From Candidatus Poribacteria bacterium (lineage in GTDB: Bacteria; Poribacteria; WGA-4E; WGA-3G): a stretch of 64,000 nucleotides of DNA. A program made the translations under genes and the position numbers. This document shows positions 60,397-64,000 of the stretch, in pieces (positions within the stretch are counted from its first letter, which is position 1; every line of letters starts with the position of its first letter). The stretch spans positions 9,427 to 73,426 of the forward strand of contig JAJEGI010000172.1 of the NCBI GenBank assembly GCA_022819945.1. Reading direction: 5' to 3'. The notes under the pieces were generated by a model, which saw only the letters and a list, made by a program, of their open reading frames with translations, searched no databases and was not told the DNA's origin.

Positions 60397-61449
60397 ATGA
60401 GCGAATCTTTTGAAGGAGCAACAGAATACTGTTTCTCCTTCGGACCATGGAACATACACGAAGGGACAGATCCTTTCGGCCCACCTGTTCGGGAGCCATT
60501 TAGTTTTGATGAGAAGGTCGGATTTTATCGAGATCTCGGTTTTGTCGGTATTCAATTTCATGACGATGACATTGTCCGTGATATTGATGGGAAGACGCAT
60601 GCCGAGTTGATGGCTCAAACAAAAACTGTAAAAGCACGATTGGACGACCACGGTTTAACAGCGGAGGTGGTTGCGCCCCGTTTGTGGGAATCTCCACAGA
60701 CGATTGATGGAGCTTACACGTCTAATTCTCCGAAGGAACGGGAATATGCGTTGGAACGTTCAAAACGGTGCGTGGACATTGCTAACGCAATTGGGTGCAG
60801 GAACCTTGTATTGTGGCTTGCCCGCGAAGGCACTTATATCCGAGAGACGAAATCGTCGTCAGAGGCAGTTGGCCAAATTCTGGATGCTATTAACGCCTTA
60901 CTTGAATATGATCCAGAAATTCGTATCCTGATTGAACCGAAACCGAACGAACCGATGGATATTGCTTACATCCCCACAATCGGGCATGCGATTGGTTTGG
61001 CTTATGCAAGTGATGAACCGGCGCGGGTTGGTGGACTGATAGAAAGTGCGCATGCGATTCTTGCGGGATTAGAACCGTCCGATGAAATGGGATACGCCCT
61101 TTATCATAAGAAACTTTGGAGTGTACATCTTAACGACCAGAACGGACTCAAATTTGACCAAGACAAGGCATTTGGTTCTGTCAATTTGCGACGTGCCTTT
61201 AATCAGGTCAGAGTTCTTGAAGAAAACGGATATGGTAGGAACGGTGAGTTCGTTGGTTTAGATGTGAAAGTAATGCGAACACAACCTCGCGATATCTCAA
61301 CAAAACATTTATTGAGCAGCCGCCGTACGTTTCTTAATCTGCTTGAAAAGGTCCGGACATTTGATAAAAAAGTGGAACAGGAGTTTATTACAGCCCGGGA
61401 CTATGAAGGCTTGGATTTCTATATTCTTGAACACCTTCTCGGCACCTAA
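60397..61449 (+). CDS. class I xylose isomerase homolog (XylA-like) with an altered metal-site residue
   Basis: FSFGPWN..GTDPFG, IQFHDDD, LIEPKPNEP, ESAH..AGL and HLNDQNGLKFDQDKAFG align along the full length with my recollection of Streptomyces XylA. ATG at 60397 follows GGGGGAAAAAAG. Confidence 0.8.
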   Translation: MSESFEGATEYCFSFGPWNIHEGTDPFGPPVREPFSFDEKVGFYRDLGFVGIQFHDDDIVRDIDGKTHAELMAQTKTVKARLDDHGLTAEVVAPRLWESPQTIDGAYTSNSPKEREYALERSKRCVDIANAIGCRNLVLWLAREGTYIRETKSSSEAVGQILDAINALLEYDPEIRILIEPKPNEPMDIAYIPTIGHAIGLAYASDEPARVGGLIESAHAILAGLEPSDEMGYALYHKKLWSVHLNDQNGLKFDQDKAFGSVNLRRAFNQVRVLEENGYGRNGEFVGLDVKVMRTQPRDISTKHLLSSRRTFLNLLEKVRTFDKKVEQEFITARDYEGLDFYILEHLLGT

Positions 61450-61536
61450 ATTCTATCATCGGCGTGCTTGAATCTTTTTTCTATAGCGTGTCAACTCAAC
61501 GGAGAGTTATAAAGGCGGCAGAGGACAGCAACAGAC

Positions 61537-62187
61537 ATGACAACGGATATGAGCCCTCTACATAAGGCGGATGGTCCCGGTTATCAAGCAGTAATGCTTA
61601 TGGGTCCCCCCGGTGTAGGCAAGGGAACACAAGGGAAGATGCTGGCACAAATTCCTGGTATTTTCCATGTCTCCAGTGGAGATATGTTCCGAGAACTTAA
61701 GACCAATTCCAAATTCGGACAAATCTTCCAGCAATACGCGGGCGTAGGCAAGTTAGTCCCAGACGATATTACAATCAAAATTTGGCAGGATTACATGGCG
61801 CGGAAAGTCCGTGAGGAACTTTACACGCCAGAACGCGACTTGCTGATCCTTGATGGTATTCCACGGAACATTACGCAAGCGGCTTTGATAGCACCTTGTA
61901 TAAAGATCTTTAAAGTCATCTTCATGGTTTGCGAAGACAGAGAAGTGATGTTTAAACGGATCCGTGGCCGCTCCCTGAAAGAGAACCGGATTGATGATGC
62001 CGAAGAAGTGGTGGTTCGCTATCGATGGGACCTTTACAAACGGTACACTGAACCGTTGATTGACCATTACCCGCAAGACCTCATTCGGATCATTGATGCT
62101 GACAACATCGCCTCGGATGTACTTCACCAGATATTATCAGTAATAGTACCTATTCAGAAAGAATATTTCACGCCACCGCTGATGTAG
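61537..62187 (+). CDS. adk: adenylate kinase (short-LID type)
   Basis: P-loop GPPGVGKGTQ, SSGDMFR, LILDGIPR. Only about 5 residues separate GR and R-x-DD. The start is uncertain: the ATG at 61594 would give the usual N-terminus. Confidence 0.85.
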   Translation: MTTDMSPLHKADGPGYQAVMLMGPPGVGKGTQGKMLAQIPGIFHVSSGDMFRELKTNSKFGQIFQQYAGVGKLVPDDITIKIWQDYMARKVREELYTPERDLLILDGIPRNITQAALIAPCIKIFKVIFMVCEDREVMFKRIRGRSLKENRIDDAEEVVVRYRWDLYKRYTEPLIDHYPQDLIRIIDADNIASDVLHQILSVIVPIQKEYFTPPLM

Positions 62188-62227
62188 ACGGCTGTACAAA
62201 CAACCCCACACATCTTATTTCACTTAC

Positions 62228-63910
62228 TTAATCAGAACGACGATAGAGTAAGAATTCAGGATGCGTGAGTGCTCGCATCGGAAATGGTGCTCCGTTATCT
62301 GATACCCGGATGCTGAGGAACTGTGGTGTCCGTCGAAAGGTTTGGTGGAGTTCATACGGACTTCCTTTCCCTAAAATTCGATCATAGAACGCCAGCGTCT
62401 CCTCCAGTTTGATCTCATTGAGCGGGTACCAATCTTCATTTTCATAATGCTGAGGTTGTTTTCGGTATTTTTGGAACACTTCAAGATCGGGTCCAAGGAT
62501 AAGGACCCATTTTGCTGCTTCATCGGCTTCTTCTAACTCCAATTCGGGGAGCAGCCAGTTGAACAAAACTTCTGGTGTGCGGGAAATAGACTCCTCCTGT
62601 GGAATGTGCACCGACAGCCACTCGGCTGCTTCCAACTTTGTCGGCTCTGTAAGTAGGATACCTGCAAAAGCAGCTGTATAAACCAACGAATAAAGTGCGA
62701 CAACGCTCCCCACGATGCCCCCAATCCATTTTTCAAACAACACACGGCGAGCCGTCCGGACTTCTTCTCTAAGATGTAGGGTATCTTTAACGTTTGGTGA
62801 ACGTGAGAACTTGGAAAGAAATTTGACAGGATTTGGAAAGTGCATGAGTGCAGTAGTCGCAAGCACCATAAGTGCGGGGTAGAGTATGAGTAGGTGACGC
62901 GCAAATTTGACTTTGTGTATCCCGAGAAATAATAGATACGGAATAACGAAAGCGAGCAGAAGTGCCTCCGTGCTAACTTTGCTTTTAAGCGAAACGAGTG
63001 CACGCCCGATCCCAAAACCGACGAGGAGTGCGAGTGGCAATCCCATTCCCCATTTCAGTAGCACCAGTATGTAGACAAACCGTTGTAACCCTCCCGATTC
63101 TGCTGTGGAAATGAGACCGAAGTGTCCCTTGTGGTAATGGGTGGCTTCATACCAAAAGTCTGAAAAGAAAAGATTCCACTCTGGTGAAATTAGATCAATG
63201 AACCAATAAGGACAGAGGAGCGTGAAGGTTAAGGCTGAAACACCGACAATTGTTGCAAGCCTTCTATAAAAGTGCTTGGTACCGATGAAGGTTAAGAGAG
63301 AAAAACAGACAAAGATAGTCGTGAATTTGACTGCGAAACCGACACCTGCAATGATTCCAAGGCATACTGCAGTCCGAAATGTAAGCACAGATGCAGCAAA
63401 GCGGGTGCGGAAAGCGATCCAGAGGAACAGTGTTACGCAGAAAGTGGCGGGGATGTCAACGAGTGCGAAACGCGATTCGTTGGTGGCATGTAACATCGCC
63501 ACAGCGAGCAATCCGGCTGCAATTTGACCGGCGCGTCTGTTATAAATATGCTGTCCAATGGTATAGGTGAACCAGAGTGTTGCAGTGGACAAGAGAACGT
63601 TGATACAGCGTGCCAATAGAATGACGCGGGTTTCTGTGAAAGACAAGCCGCTGAAGGACAGCAATTTGCCTATCGCAGCAACGATGTAGAACCATGCTGT
63701 TCCTGGCCAGTTGTAGGTTTGTGGGGGTGCTGTGAAGTGGATGAGATTCAGCACATCTTGTGCGATAATGACTTCACGTGGATCCGGTGCTTCAGGCAAT
63801 CCAGTGTTTAGACCGACGACACGCAAACCGAAACCGGCGATGAGAATCGCCGATATAACGAAGTTGCTGGGTAAACTAAAAAAGTTCCTCACGGCGAGAA
63901 GCAGTCTCAT
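62228..63910 (-). CDS. polytopic glycosyltransferase, GT39/ArnT (PMT_2)-like
   Basis: 560 aa with about 11 hydrophobic helices in the first two thirds and a soluble C-terminal domain. The call rests on architecture only. Confidence 0.55.
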   Translation of the reverse strand: MRLLLAVRNFFSLPSNFVISAILIAGFGLRVVGLNTGLPEAPDPREVIIAQDVLNLIHFTAPPQTYNWPGTAWFYIVAAIGKLLSFSGLSFTETRVILLARCINVLLSTATLWFTYTIGQHIYNRRAGQIAAGLLAVAMLHATNESRFALVDIPATFCVTLFLWIAFRTRFAASVLTFRTAVCLGIIAGVGFAVKFTTIFVCFSLLTFIGTKHFYRRLATIVGVSALTFTLLCPYWFIDLISPEWNLFFSDFWYEATHYHKGHFGLISTAESGGLQRFVYILVLLKWGMGLPLALLVGFGIGRALVSLKSKVSTEALLLAFVIPYLLFLGIHKVKFARHLLILYPALMVLATTALMHFPNPVKFLSKFSRSPNVKDTLHLREEVRTARRVLFEKWIGGIVGSVVALYSLVYTAAFAGILLTEPTKLEAAEWLSVHIPQEESISRTPEVLFNWLLPELELEEADEAAKWVLILGPDLEVFQKYRKQPQHYENEDWYPLNEIKLEETLAFYDRILGKGSPYELHQTFRRTPQFLSIRVSDNGAPFPMRALTHPEFLLYRRSD

Positions 63911-64000
63911 TTTTGGAGAAAACCGAGTTTTTCAAAAATATTTTCCCAACGTGGCACGTGATTTTCACAGAGATAATCCGGTACAAAACCGAGGTTAAGA
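63907..64000 (-). CDS. C-terminal fragment of an unidentified CDS running off the right edge
   Basis: Open minus-strand frame ...LNLGFVPDYLCENHVPRWENIFEKLGFLQK. Its stop TGA overlaps the ATG of the GT39-like gene (ATGA). Confidence 0.4.
   Translation of the reverse strand, partial: LNLGFVPDYLCENHVPRWENIFEKLGFLQK

Overview
This is a gene-dense window of about 58 CDS, mostly on the minus strand, from an uncultivated diderm bacterium at roughly 47-50% G+C. I found no rRNA, tRNA, CRISPR array, transposase or integrase.

Main gene content:
- Housekeeping: clpB, purN, adk.
- Four WD40 genes, FG-GAP/ASPIC and TPR/TolB-like repeat proteins, and two LamG paralogs.
- Two PhyH dioxygenases, three xylose-isomerase-like TIM barrels and an FGE/SUMF1 protein.
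- Three very large outer-membrane proteins.
- An ECF sigma/anti-sigma/double-vWA operon.
- A MazF toxin-antitoxin pair fused onto a CADD-like (heme-oxygenase-like di-iron) operon.
- A corrinoid methyltransferase module: Hcy-methyltransferase domain, RACo-type activase and B12-binding protein.
- A TatT plus DctP pair with no permease.

This repertoire resembles Poribacteria-like sponge or marine symbionts, but that placement is inference only.

Observations most worth follow-up:
1. A low-GC MvaI/BcnI-type R-M cassette bracketed by 9-bp direct repeats. It appears to have split and regenerated the -10 box of the corrinoid-operon promoter.
2. The corrinoid/Hcy-methyltransferase/RACo module has no recognisable methyl-donor methyltransferase.
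3. A conserved leader element, possibly a small uORF, lies immediately 5' of three minus-strand genes.
4. Heptanucleotide (STRR-like) CAGNNNN repeats fill several intergenic regions, and one tract sits inside a CDS.
5. A 1222-aa chimeric Omp85-type protein, and a translationally coupled BatA/vWA-Omp85-polytopic membrane operon with a 44-bp tandem repeat in its last intercistronic gap.
6. Consensus promoters placed so that two genes would be transcribed as leaderless mRNAs.

All family calls come from motif recognition by eye and from memory. Motif coordinates were hand-indexed and may be off by 1-2 nt. Several ORF-track starts use TTG/GTG, and I re-set them where an SD/ATG or homology argued for it.
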